Origin: an uncultured Nitrososphaerales archaeon
Lineage (GTDB): Archaea; Thermoproteota; Nitrososphaeria; Nitrososphaerales; Nitrososphaeraceae
Length of the DNA: 64,000 nucleotides
NCBI GenBank assembly: GCA_963709405.1
Contig: CAVPXM010000055.1
Span: forward strand, 192,001 to 256,000
Reading direction: 5' to 3'
Below, one piece after another: positions 11,596-22,891 of the stretch (position 1 is its first letter; every line of letters begins with the position of its first letter). The notes beneath the pieces are model-generated. The model did not search any database and was not told where the DNA came from. It saw nothing but the letters and a program-made list of their open reading frames with translations. Both the position numbers and the translations under genes were made by a program.

Positions 11596-12278
11596 AACAT
11601 GTCTGATTGGCCCTTCGACCCTCGACTCATGTTCTTGAGGATCAGCCGGACCGGTCTCCAGGATTTTCTCACGAAATTGGGGGGCTCACCAAATCTCGAA
11701 ACCCAATCTTTGATAAATTTCATTGTTAACCTATCTGACGGGTAACCACTACCAATATCTTTATATGACTTGCGTATCTCATAAATTTCAGTATCTCTTA
11801 TAACCTTCGCAACGATTGATGCGGCAGAAACGACAACATTTATGCTATCTGCATGGTGAAGGGAGTATAATCTGTACTTCCTGCTGAAAGCGATATATGT
11901 TTCCAATAGCAACTTGTATCTTAGTGGGTTCACGTCGCAGCAGTCGACATAGACGTTGTCGGGTTGAATATCATTGATAACTGCAGCCATCGCCTCGGCC
12001 TCTAATTTATTCAGTCCCCTTAGCCCCACGCTTTCGTCAATTTCGTTTGTGGTTAGTATACATACGCAGACGTAATCCGCGATACCAATGATTCGAGTAA
12101 ACAAGCTACTGCGAGATTTTCTGGATAAAGTCTTAGAATCTCTCAAACACAATTTCCGGAATACCGACAGCTTGGATTCCTTTATACCAATACCTGCAAC
12201 AACTAGGGGGCCGATAACCGAGCCGCGGCCAGCCTCGTCAACTCCAGCAATCACCTTGCTTTGTCCAGATCTATTCAT
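11592..12278 (-). CDS. rnhB: Ribonuclease HII
   Basis: GVDEAGRGSVIGP, DSK, VSAASIVAKV and GSGYPSD motifs. Confidence 0.96.
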   Translation of the reverse strand: MNRSGQSKVIAGVDEAGRGSVIGPLVVAGIGIKESKLSVFRKLCLRDSKTLSRKSRSSLFTRIIGIADYVCVCILTTNEIDESVGLRGLNKLEAEAMAAVINDIQPDNVYVDCCDVNPLRYKLLLETYIAFSRKYRLYSLHHADSINVVVSAASIVAKVIRDTEIYEIRKSYKDIGSGYPSDRLTMKFIKDWVSRFGEPPNFVRKSWRPVRLILKNMSRGSKGQSDMF

Positions 12279-12442
12279 ATGAACGAATGATTTTATGAGC
12301 TTACGGGTGAAACTTATATCTTTATGTAATCATATCAGACGCATGTGCCCTTTGGAACTGTATATAAGACCTTATTCTTACGAACCCATCCTAGAATGTC
12401 CCCATCTTGAGCATACTGAGTCATAATAATACATGAGATTGA

Positions 12443-13820
12443 ATGGTTACTCAAGAAAACGATCAAAGATTCATCCAGATATACGAAGGGAGAACGAAGA
12501 TATTAGTTCCTGCAAAATCTATCGTTAGTGTCGTTCCCTCAAAGACCCCCGCTTTTTTTAATAGATTGGCAAAGCTTAATCGCGACATTTCAATTCTAGC
12601 CTACAGAGTTTATGCTTTAGGACTTCAAGATTCCATGCGCCGTCGACATCGACAGGATAATTCTGTTTTCGGGACCGGTTGTGATACCGAAACGATAACG
12701 TTTGCTGATGCATTTAGTGGTACTGGTGCACGTGCACTACGAGTAGCAGTGGAAGCTCCGGAGATTCAAGAAATATATGGTAATGATATTAATGGGCTAG
12801 CAATAGAGAACGCGAGATTATCCGCAGAGCTTAATTCAGTCGGTTACAAATGCTTCTTCCGTTCTGATGATGTTCATAAATTTTTAACAGAACATAAAAC
12901 GAATGATGGTAAAAGGTTTGTAATTGCAGACCTAGATCCCTTTGGTAGCCCTTCTCCTTATATTGATTCGTTATTGCGATCGGTGAGAAATGGCGGCCTG
13001 ATCTCTGTAACGGCAACAGATACTGCTGTGCTCTGCGGAGTATATCCAAAGATATGCTTTCGAAAGTACTATGGAAGACCTATAAATAATAGCTTTTCAA
13101 ACGAAACTGCAATTCGCTTACTTTTATCACTTATTTCGTTAGTCGCTGCAAGATTTGAACTCATTATCGAGCCAGTTTTCGTTCATGCAAATTTTCACTA
13201 TCTTCGAGTCTACCTCACAATTAAAACGAGTAGTAGCAAGGCAAATATGATGCATGAGAAGCTTGGATTTATTCAATATTGTTTCAAGTGCGGCAATAGA
13301 AAATATTCACCCTTGAATCCATTGACTTCACAGTTCGGCGTATCACGTGAACTGTGTAATCAGTGCGGAGATAGCCTTTATACAGTAGGCGGACCGATGT
13401 GGTCAGGTCAGCTCTTCGATAAACAATTCGTGAGAAAAATGAATGATCTAAATTCATCCACTTCAAGAAATGATCGTTCTAATGTCGTTTCTTGTGACAG
13501 GCCTGATGTCCAACGAAAGGACGGCGAACCTCGATTACGAAAGCCAAATAATCTCGGGTTATTCAAGGGATCGCACAAGAAAGGCGGCGTCGATCCTATA
13601 AGCAAGATTTTAGAAGTCGCGATTACAGAGTTGGACTCTATCCCATATTATTTTCGATCCGATGAGATATCTTCGATGTTGAGAAAAAATCCGTTGCCAC
13701 TTGGCACGATAATAGAAAGACTTGTCTCAAATGGATTCAATGCATCTAGGACTAGCCTTAACCCAGGCAGCGTTCAAAACTGATGCTCGTTTGTCAGAAA
13801 TAATAGGAATACTGAAGTAG
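12443..13820 (+). CDS. trm1: tRNA (guanine26-N2)-dimethyltransferase Trm1, terminal frameshift
   Basis: AFFN...LNRD, DAFSGTGAR, DLDPFGSP and TATD motifs and a CxxC...CxxC Zn finger. The conserved FKTDA tail is in a shifted frame ending at 13820. Confidence 0.93.
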
Positions 13821-13987
13821 ACAGGCAGACATGATCAAGAACCATACCGGCTTATACATTATACACGTCGTCATCTCTGCAAATTATGAGTAAATGGTCG
13901 GATACAGGAAAACTGGACAGGCAGCTTCGCTGCTAGACTCATATTCTTCATATTAACACTCTTTTGAGGCGGTTTTCAGAGATTTAG

Positions 13988-14230
13988 TTACGTAGTTGGA
14001 TTCAGATTTTCTTTTAAAAATATTAACACCGTTCGACCATTTGTTTCGCTGTAACCTCCTCTAAACCTGAATCCAGCATTACGAATCATATTGCCTGCAA
14101 GACTGGAGAGGATCTGCTGGGGCTTCACTATTAAAAGCGTTCCATATTGGGTGGTCTGAATGTCTGCGTGGTAACCTTCGATAAGAATTCTTCCTAGTAA
14201 GTCCATTGGTCTCATAGCATTTTGAATCAA
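13988..14230 (-). CDS. Small hypothetical protein
   Basis: 80-aa ORF with plausible composition and a TATA-like element upstream. Confidence 0.5.
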   Translation of the reverse strand: MIQNAMRPMDLLGRILIEGYHADIQTTQYGTLLIVKPQQILSSLAGNMIRNAGFRFRGGYSETNGRTVLIFLKENLNPTT

Positions 14231-14759
14231 AATGAATTTATCTCTGATTCATTACCCTTCGTTATAAAAAACCGTTTAGTTTATCTGGATTTGCTATTCA
14301 GTCTAAATAGCTTTTCTTACCATTAAATTAGTATCCCTCTTCGATAGAGGATGCCAACTCAAAACTGCTTCCCAGTCAATTATTTGTAGGGGTTGCCGAG
14401 AGACCAGGAATAATCGACTGGTGAATTAGCCCAGAGTTAAATGGAGCGTATCTAAGAATTGAAATCGTTCTTTCTTACTCTGCGTTTTTTGCATCTAAGC
14501 AATGGATTTACGTCTTAGTTGCTTAGAATTCACTTCTATTACTTTGATGTTATTCGATTTCTCCTATCGTACCAATAGCAATGTTGGTCTTCAGCGAAAC
14601 TAACAACATCACTGCTAATAGATCCTGGGGAAGTTATAATAGTATTTTTTCGTGTTTTTTCGTTTACTATCAAGTATCTCAATCATGCCATCACATTGTT
14701 ATCTACGGCATACGAATAAATTCTACCCGATAATACAAAACTCTTGAATCCAATAGGTC

Positions 14760-15548
14760 TTGTCAAAACTTCAAGTAATAAATGTAAGTAAACAATTTCT
14801 AGACGAGAAAAAAGGGGTTCAAATAAGAGCGATTGAAAATGTTAACCTTTCAATTGAGGAGGGACAATTCGTTTGTTTTGTTGGCCCGTCTGGCTGCGGA
14901 AAATCGACGCTCCTAAATATATTGGCCGGGTTGGACAGACCATCTGATGGAGAGGTCGTACTTAACGGACAAGTAGTAAAAGGAACTGGACCAGACAGAG
15001 TTATGGTCTTTCAAGAAAATGCACTATTTCCTTGGCTTAAGGTTCTTGACAACGTAGAATTTGGACTCAAGATGGCAGGAATTGAGAAGAAAAGAAGATT
15101 TGAGATATCAATGCGATATCTTGAACTGATGCAGCTAACACGATTTGCCGACTCATACACGTATCAATTATCTGGGGGCATGAAGCAGAGGGTAGCAATA
15201 GCTCGTGCGCTTGTGACAGACCCCGAAGTTTTGTTGATGGATGAACCATTCGCTGCGCTAGATTCTCAGACGAGAGACCTTTTGTTAGTAGAATTACAGC
15301 TACTATGGGCAAAGACTCGAAAAACTATCGTATTTGTAACTCACAATATTTTAGAATCTGTTTGCTTAGGTGATAAGGTAGTTGTCTTCACCAGTCGTCC
15401 CGGAAAAATTAAGGCCGAGATTGCAGTTGGCTACAGAAGACCAAGGCTATCTGAAGATAGCAACCTTCAGAAATATCAACAGAGAATCCTCGAAGAGCTG
15501 AAACAGGAAATAATCAGTGCAAGAAAGATGGATGACCCGTGGTTTTAG
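14760..15548 (+). CDS. ABC transporter ATP-binding protein (NitT/TauT/SsuB type)
   Basis: Walker A GPSGCGKST, VFQENALFPW, LSGGMKQR and LLMDEPFAALD. Confidence 0.93.
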   Translation: MSKLQVINVSKQFLDEKKGVQIRAIENVNLSIEEGQFVCFVGPSGCGKSTLLNILAGLDRPSDGEVVLNGQVVKGTGPDRVMVFQENALFPWLKVLDNVEFGLKMAGIEKKRRFEISMRYLELMQLTRFADSYTYQLSGGMKQRVAIARALVTDPEVLLMDEPFAALDSQTRDLLLVELQLLWAKTRKTIVFVTHNILESVCLGDKVVVFTSRPGKIKAEIAVGYRRPRLSEDSNLQKYQQRILEELKQEIISARKMDDPWF

Positions 15549-15666
15549 GACTGATTTTATGATTGTATGGATTTAGATTTGGATTAAAATCGTTAAATCC
15601 TACCACTTTTCTTGTTCTCTCGTAGGTTTGAATATTTGAAATGCGATAACAATAAATTTTAACTTT

Positions 15667-16434
15667 CTACTTTTTTAGCTGTTCAAGCAATTGTAGTCCG
15701 GCGTTAAAATTGTTAGGTGACGTCAATAGAACCTCATCCGCCAGCGTGCCAGCCTCCTTTACGAATTCAATTGGATTATCTTTATACTGTGTCCAGTTCA
15801 GACCTATTATTCTTGCGGATGGTTCATTTTTTTTGCACGGTATCATGACGCACGCTATAACTCTTATTTTATTTTCGTGCGCAATGTCAACAATCCCAGC
15901 CAAAGCCTCTAAGGATTCGATGGATTGAGTGACAAATGCATTTGGTCTTGCGTCAATTTTTCCTTGAATCGACGAAAGTTGCTTTATGTGGTTCGGAATT
16001 GCTAACTCTATTTCTATTTCCTCATCGTACTTCATGGTATGTAACATCTTCACTATTTTACTGGGCATAGTCACAGAGTACGTTGCTTTATGCTTGGGAT
16101 CATCCCCAGCAACGATCAAAACACCACGTATTCCTACTAGTATAGCATCGGCCACATATTGACATATCGACAAGAAGCTTCTATCCTGCGTCCTTAAGCT
16201 ACAACTAAGACCTGTCGAATCCAATTTTCCGTTACTTCTTAAATAACTTGCGGTTGCAATCCCAGAAATCCTCGGGACACCTAATACGGAGTCGGTAAGA
16301 TGTATGTTCTCTACCAATCCGTCCAAGAGCTCAGCCCGACTTCGGAACCTATACAGATCTTCCCTAAGTGATAGAAAGCTAAACGTACCATCTTTCGCTA
16401 TCTTAGGAGGATTTAATTCATAATTTAACTTCAT
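15667..16434 (-). CDS. Methylenetetrahydrofolate reductase-like (MetF family) TIM-barrel flavoprotein
   Basis: YELNPPK, IHLTDS, SLRTQDR, LIVAGDDP and FVTQ motifs typical of the MTHFR fold. Confidence 0.75.
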   Translation of the reverse strand: MKLNYELNPPKIAKDGTFSFLSLREDLYRFRSRAELLDGLVENIHLTDSVLGVPRISGIATASYLRSNGKLDSTGLSCSLRTQDRSFLSICQYVADAILVGIRGVLIVAGDDPKHKATYSVTMPSKIVKMLHTMKYDEEIEIELAIPNHIKQLSSIQGKIDARPNAFVTQSIESLEALAGIVDIAHENKIRVIACVMIPCKKNEPSARIIGLNWTQYKDNPIEFVKEAGTLADEVLLTSPNNFNAGLQLLEQLKK

Positions 16435-16757
16435 ACCTTAGATGCTTGTGGGTTGATTATCTGTCAGCCGTACTATTAAATGCGACGCACAAGTTCTCTT
16501 CGATCACGTACCAAAAACCTCAGCTAAACTAGTGAGGCGGTACATCATCTTCCCTAAAGGAAATGAGGATCTTAATGTGTACATCAATTTATTATTCAGC
16601 AGGACGAAGGATTGCGTGCTAATGCTGAGTCAAAATAGTATTAATTCTTATGGATGAAAACAGTAATTGCTAACAACAGAATATCTAATGCAGTGTATTC
16701 ACTCAGTGTAGTCTGACAATATATTGATTATAAATAAGCGCTGTTGCATATCTGATA

Positions 16758-17357
16758 ATGTTGTCTACTAAGGACGAAATATTACAAAAGATTTGGCCTC
16801 TTCTAAATTTTGATGCTTACGGTGTCGCGGGACTCGAGACTCTTGGCTTGACACGTGCATCAGTTTTAATAATAATTCATTACCGCCATACCATACCTTA
16901 CATTATTCTTACCAAGCGAAGTGGCAGTATTCGATTGCATTCTAGTGAGATCTGTTTTCCAGGTGGTCGGTATGATCCTGTCGAAGATCGAAATTTGCTT
17001 GACACAGCAATTAGAGAGACGACTGAAGAATTGGGCCTTGCGCTGACTGAAAGAGACATCATTGGTAGTCTTAGGCCAGTCAGGACCCTGACCTCCAACT
17101 TTATAATACATCCTTTTGTCACAATCCAAGGAATGATCGCTCGGCCAAAATCCGTATCAAAAGAAGTAGAAAGAATAATAGATGCTCCACTCTACAAAGT
17201 ATTAAAAAGTATTGCTCCAGACCACCGTCATTCTGAAATTACACAGAATCGCGACCTATACAAATTTAAGTATAAAGATGATATAATCTGGGGTGCGACA
17301 TCTCAGATTTTAAAGCAGTTACATGATCATCTTTACGAAAAGGCTTATGATAATTGA
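16758..17357 (+). CDS. Nudix hydrolase, CoA pyrophosphatase subfamily
   Basis: LTKRS...H..EICFPGG, Nudix box TAIRETTEELG and IWGAT. Confidence 0.9.
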   Translation: MLSTKDEILQKIWPLLNFDAYGVAGLETLGLTRASVLIIIHYRHTIPYIILTKRSGSIRLHSSEICFPGGRYDPVEDRNLLDTAIRETTEELGLALTERDIIGSLRPVRTLTSNFIIHPFVTIQGMIARPKSVSKEVERIIDAPLYKVLKSIAPDHRHSEITQNRDLYKFKYKDDIIWGATSQILKQLHDHLYEKAYDN

Positions 17358-17526
17358 ATTTACGCAACAAAAATCTGATATTTTGGTAATTTATTGCCTT
17401 TCCGCCAATTTCTGGAATCAATTCCTTTTTGGAGCTAAGCAATGTATATCCTATAGACTAACAATCGATCTATGAATACAACTAATCTCTAAATACTTAA
17501 AGCAAAGGACATACTAAAGATAACAA

Positions 17527-17766
17527 ATGTTATGCAGATCGTGTGGAAATGAGATGAATCCATTCGAATTTTGTTCATCGTGTAATGAGGCGGTACAATG
17601 GAAATGCAGTAATTGTGACAGGGAAAACGACAAATCGATTCATACCCATTACGAGAATGTTACAACAGAGTCTTTTAGGCTATCTATTGTGATTCAGACC
17701 GCAGTTACAGCGAGCTTGCCTATCCGGACTAGCGTGGTTAGCAAATATCTGTTAATTCACTGTTAA
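17527..17766 (+). CDS. Small Cys-rich zinc-finger protein
   Basis: CRSC...CSSC...WKCSNC...HTH. Confidence 0.7.
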   Translation: MLCRSCGNEMNPFEFCSSCNEAVQWKCSNCDRENDKSIHTHYENVTTESFRLSIVIQTAVTASLPIRTSVVSKYLLIHC

Positions 17767-17952
17767 TCTCACTATTTTCTATAAGATTCAGGATTCAGTA
17801 TTATTCCTTAATCGCCATCCATGATTAGCTCCGACTAATCAGTGTCGAATTCTATTATGACCTTGGATATTTGTGACTGACGATTAAAGATGGGTTCAGA
17901 TTTCGCCCCGATAACGGTACCCTTATGTAACGTAAATTGAGTGATAAACTTC

Positions 17953-19414
17953 ATGCTGCTTGAGAGTCTTGAAGAGTTTGTAGAAGCCCTTGAAAGAGCA
18001 GATGAGCTTAAGCGTATACGAACAAGGGTTAGTACTAATTTGGAGATAGACTGAGGTAATGCGCAGGTTGATGTACGATCGCGTCCATCATCAGCCGGCA
18101 GTGCTATTTGAGAATATTGAGGGACATTCCATTCCAATATTAGGAAATGCTTTCGGATCAATCAGAAGGCTTCAAATTGCATTAGATCTTAGCGATTTCA
18201 GTGAGATAGGCAATCGAATTGTAGATCTAACTAAGATGAAGATGCCGGCAGGAGTACTAAATAAAATTAAGATGTTGCCTAAGCTATCAGAATTGGCAGA
18301 TTACGGACCAAGAGTTGTAGAGACGGGTCCTGTTACTGAGGTCATAAAGGATGAAAATCGATCATCTCTAAACTCTTTGCCCATCCTAAAGTCATTTGCG
18401 GGAGACGCTGGGAAATTCATAACGTTTGGATTGACTGTATCTAAACATCCCGAGACTCAAGTTAGAAACATTGGAGTTTATAGGATTCAGATCCTAAACC
18501 ATAAAAAAGGTTTGATGCATTGGCAGATCCATAAGCGTGGTGCACAACACTTTGAGATATCCAAGGAACAGAAAAAGAAAATAGAAGTTGCAATTGTCAT
18601 CGGAGCGGATCCAGCCACAATTTTCTCTGCTATTGCACCAGTTCCAGAGGGGATGGACAAATTCCTTTTTGCAGGGATTACAAGAAAAAAGGGATTAAGA
18701 ATGGTGAAATGCAGAAGCGTTGACCTAGAAGTACCTGCCAATGCAGAGATCGTGCTTGAGGGTTATGTCAACCCCGATGAGACAGAAATGGAAGGTCCTT
18801 TTGCCGATCATACTGGTTATTATACGCCTCCTGAGCCATTTCCAGTTTTTACTCTTACGGGCATTATGCAAAAGAAAAACCCTATCTACTTGACTACAGT
18901 GGTTGGTAAGCCTATTTTAGAAGATGCATACATAGGAAAAGTAATTGAGCGTTCCTTTCTACCACTTATTAAAATGTTTCAGCCTGAGGTTATTGATTTT
19001 TCTATGCCGCCAGCGGGATGGTTCCAAGGACTTGCTATTATATCAATCAAGAAGCGTTATCCAGGCCAAGCAAAAAAAGTGATGATGGGTTTGTGGGGAC
19101 TGGGACAGCTCGCCCTCACGAAAGTATTTATCGTCGTCGACTATGATATAAATGTCCACAGTTTGGACGATGTTATATGGGCAGTTACCACTCGAGCAGA
19201 TCCACACCGGGATACTATGATAATTGACTTTACACCGACTGATACTCTGGACCCGGCGTCACCACTTGTAAATCTTGGGTCAAAAATGGGGATCGATGCA
19301 ACAACGAAATGGAAGGAGGAGGGATTTTCTAGAGATATCCAAGAATTGGCAATAGTCGACCAAAATACTAAGGAATATGTTGACCGCAGATGGACGGAAT
19401 ATGGATTAGACTAG
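17953..19414 (+). CDS. UbiD-family prFMN-dependent decarboxylase (menaquinone biosynthesis type), frameshift near the N-terminus
   Basis: RNIGVYR, EIVLEG, EGPFADHTGYY, DTLDPAS and GSKMGIDAT motifs. The N-terminal MLLESLEEFVEALE starts at 17953 and joins through a 1-nt indel. Confidence 0.9.
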
Positions 19415-19863
19415 AACATGAATTCTGCGGTATTTTTCGAGTTTCATATGAAGCATCATTAGCACATGAGTGTGCTAGCCGCCTACTTCGAAGACCTAAG
19501 AGTAATGGGTAGTATACCACTATCGCACATTCGTCATCCGCTCTTCATTAATGTGCTAGTGAGTTTCAGTACGACCGGAACCTTGAAGATCATGGCTAAT
19601 CAAAATTACATATTAGAAATAAGTAATTGCAAATCACAATATTTGTAGAGAACAAACGAGCCTCTGCCTCAGTGAGAAACGTAGTTGCATGGTAAACTAT
19701 ATGGTGCTTAACTAGTATTACTTCAAATTGCTACAGAATCCAAATAAAGGTCGAACACTGACTATGAGAATTTAGCTTGTAGTGATGATGCCTATCACCT
19801 AATTCTTAATTGGTCCTTTGTTCCTTGAAACCCTTTTATATCGTAAACGAAGTGATATTCGAT

Positions 19864-20457
19864 ATGGCAAGTGAGGTTAAGGGAAAAGTTCCAAAAATCG
19901 TAGCGTTAGAAGTTCTGGAAAAGAATGGCGTTAATGTGGAAAGATTAAAGGAGTTAATTACAAAGGGAGTTGGTGCCGAATTTACCACGTACTATTACTA
20001 CACAATCCTAAGGATGCACTGCACGGGTTTAGAAGGGGAAGGTATAAAGGAGATCGTGGAAGACGCACGCATTGAGGACCGGAACCACTTTGAGGCCATG
20101 GTGCCCAGACTTTATGAATTAGGAGGCGGCCTTCCGAGAGACATTAGAAAATTCGCTGATCAAGCCGGCTGTCCAGATGCGTATTTACCGGATAATTGGG
20201 AAGATATAAATTCGATATTGAAGGTGTTACTCGAAGCAGAGCAGTGTGCAATCAGGTCTTGGGGAGAGGTCTGCGATATGACTGCTGGGAAGGATCCGAG
20301 AACATATGACATTGCACAGAGGATTATGCAAGAGGAAGTTGAGCATGAAGCTTGGTTCATTGAGCTCTTGTCAAAGAGACCTTCGGGCCACTATAGAAGG
20401 AAATTTGTAGGCCAGTCTCCCCATACTGGCAGCCAAGGAAGCTTGATTCATCTATAA
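19864..20457 (+). CDS. Dps-like (DPSL) ferritin-superfamily protein
   Basis: [32 protein letters not shown] and EEVEHEAWF motifs. A TATA box at ~19834 supports the ATG at 19864. Confidence 0.92.
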   Translation: MASEVKGKVPKIVALEVLEKNGVNVERLKELITKGVGAEFTTYYYYTILRMHCTGLEGEGIKEIVEDARIEDRNHFEAMVPRLYELGGGLPRDIRKFADQAGCPDAYLPDNWEDINSILKVLLEAEQCAIRSWGEVCDMTAGKDPRTYDIAQRIMQEEVEHEAWFIELLSKRPSGHYRRKFVGQSPHTGSQGSLIHL

Positions 20458-20782
20458 GGAGAGATCATCTGGATAAATTTTCCAAATACATTACGTAATT
20501 TGCCTCTTTATTTTCTTCGCTCTTTAAGTGGTGAACACCGAACGGCTCTTAAAGATATGCAAAATTTCTCCTCTCAAGAGAGCAAGAGAGCAAAAAGCCC
20601 GATGGCTCATAGAAGTCGTCACTTTATCCGTATTGGAAGCCAATGCCAAACAACGAGCCTCGGTCCATTGAGTACCTTTTATACTAGTTTTATACTGAGC
20701 AGTAATGGCTCGTGGGCTTAACAAGCTAGTGTCAGGAAATTCTTTATATGAGGATATTCGTAGGTACGGGTGAGCAATTAAA

Positions 20783-21961
20783 TTGACTAAATGTATTGCC
20801 TTTCATTCCTATAAAGGTGGTACTGGGAAGACAACAATCGGAGCTAATTTTCCGGCGTCCCTGACTAAGAAGGGTTATAAAGTTTCCTTAATTGATCTTG
20901 ATGTTTATGCTCCTAGCCTTCAATCATATTTTGATGTGGAGCCAAAAAAGTCTATTAATGATTATCTATATTCAAATGCCGAGGTAGAGGACGTTATGGT
21001 TGACATGACCGCTCTAATCAGCGGTTCGTTCACAAACCTCGGAGAGGCATCACATGAAGCCAGGTCCCAGACAAACGATCGTTCAAAAAATTCAAGAACT
21101 GGAACTGAAACTAACTCCCGCTCATCTGATTCCAGATCTAATTCCAGATCTACCGTTAAAGAAGATGCAAAGGATCTGTCAAACTCTCTGAAGGACGACA
21201 AATCTAAAAAATCTGGTAAGCTCTGGGTAGGATTTTGTAGTACACGAAAGGAAGACATATTCAAGTTAGAAGGGGGGGTAAACGAGAATATGAGACGGCA
21301 ATTCCTGAAAAGATTCATTCTACTGCGAGAGCAGTTGATTTCCAGCTACGACTCTGATTATATAGTTATTGATACAAGTCCAGGTATTCGGTATTGGTCT
21401 ATAAATGCATTGGCAGTAGCTGATATATTGTTTTTGACCCTGAAAATGGGCGATCTGGACATAGAAGGTACTAAAAAAATTGTAGATGAGATTTATACAT
21501 CATTTACTAAATTCGGGACAAGATCTTATCTATTGCTCAATAGAGTTTCTGGTTATTGTGTGCCACATAACCAATCACAAGACAGCGCTAGATCTCCTTC
21601 CGATATTGTTGATCCGTTTTCCGATAAGTCGACCCCTAACCTTTATTCGTCCTTTGAGACTTTGCCTTACGCCAATAACGCCAAAAGTGTTGGGCTAGAA
21701 AGTGGAGGAAATTATGCTGGGTCAATTAATCGTCCAGGTCCCATAGTGTCTATTCCAGAACGCATGCGAGGTATCCATTCTGATCTATCAAGAATGCTCT
21801 CTAGTGAATTGAGAATGAATGTAATTTCCTCTGTTCCTTGTTACTGCGACATCCAATTTGTAAGAAAGGAATTCTTGACAGCTTTACAATTTCCAGATCA
21901 CCCGTTTGCTCTCAAAATAGAAGAACTTATTAATAACATGGAGCATTTTTCCCAGAAATAA
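20783..21961 (+). CDS. MinD/ParA-family ATPase with two large low-complexity insertions
   Basis: Deviant Walker A KGGTGKTT and DLD, DTSPG and LLLNRV motifs. Confidence 0.88.
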   Translation: MTKCIAFHSYKGGTGKTTIGANFPASLTKKGYKVSLIDLDVYAPSLQSYFDVEPKKSINDYLYSNAEVEDVMVDMTALISGSFTNLGEASHEARSQTNDRSKNSRTGTETNSRSSDSRSNSRSTVKEDAKDLSNSLKDDKSKKSGKLWVGFCSTRKEDIFKLEGGVNENMRRQFLKRFILLREQLISSYDSDYIVIDTSPGIRYWSINALAVADILFLTLKMGDLDIEGTKKIVDEIYTSFTKFGTRSYLLLNRVSGYCVPHNQSQDSARSPSDIVDPFSDKSTPNLYSSFETLPYANNAKSVGLESGGNYAGSINRPGPIVSIPERMRGIHSDLSRMLSSELRMNVISSVPCYCDIQFVRKEFLTALQFPDHPFALKIEELINNMEHFSQK

Positions 21962-22090
21962 GTCAAGAATATGGTCATATTTGAGCTTCGACAGTGATAT
22001 TATCTCTCTTGGCTTAGCCTATGGACTTTCCAATAACGCATCCTGCTTTACGATAATCGTTGACGATAATCATGTTAAAGAATATTATTA

Positions 22091-22471
22091 CTATTGATTC
22101 GCAAGTTCTAGGTTTATTCGTCTTACAAGATCACTCATCTCTATGGGCTTTTTTAAAAAACAGGCTTGATCTGATGATGTGAAGATTTCTCGCAGAGCAT
22201 GGTAGTTTATCTCGTAGGCTGTGATAAAACAAACCTTTGCATCAGGGTCTATCTTATGCAACTGTTCAAAGAGTTCAAAGCCATCAATCGAGGGCATCCT
22301 GACGTCTATGATCAAAAGGTCATATAGTTTTGGCTTGAAATTTAAGACGGCAGCATTAGGATCAGTATATGAATCTACATCGAAACCCGCATTCTCTAGA
22401 GAAACCTTGAATGATGCGACTACGTCAGGTTCATCATCAACAACTAAGATTCTTCTTTTGACTGTGGCTAT
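22091..22471 (-). CDS. Stand-alone response regulator receiver (CheY-like)
   Basis: The frame extends upstream of the track start and reads RRILVVDDEPD...LLIIDVRMPSIDGFEL...CFITA...KKP. The likely start is ATA at 22471, behind GGAGGT. Confidence 0.88.
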   Translation of the reverse strand: MATVKRRILVVDDEPDVVASFKVSLENAGFDVDSYTDPNAAVLNFKPKLYDLLIIDVRMPSIDGFELFEQLHKIDPDAKVCFITAYEINYHALREIFTSSDQACFLKKPIEMSDLVRRINLELANQ

Positions 22472-22891
22472 AAGCGATTACCTCCCAATAATGAAATGTT
22501 CATTCTTGATTATTGACGCGAGTGAATGTATACAATAGTATAATTTAGGGAATATTAATCTTAATATACATAACTCACATTTCACTACAAGTTTGAATGA
22601 TCGGCTTTCAACGCAAATTTTGGACATTAGCCTTTGCTATCTCTACATCTGAATTCTCAGAACACATATATTTATGATTTATATTATACTAATAGTAGAA
22701 AATAAAAGGAATCCGACAAAACAGGGCAGTAATGCTGGTAATTGGTGAACTGCACGTCATAATACGGCCACATTTGGTTCGAATCGCAAAAATGAAGAAC
22801 GTTAGGATCTTGGAATTTATTAGTTGGAGCAAAAGACTAGATTTTTAGTGACAATGACAATGACCTATGGGGTAAAATTCGATTTATTAAT

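Noticed and set aside
14386-14410. GTAGGGGTTGCCGAG resembles the 5' end of tRNA-Leu/Ser or the 3' end of a c-di-GMP-I riboswitch
   Set aside because: There is no anticodon arm or T-arm and no upstream riboswitch core. It is kept only as part of an unexplained hairpin.
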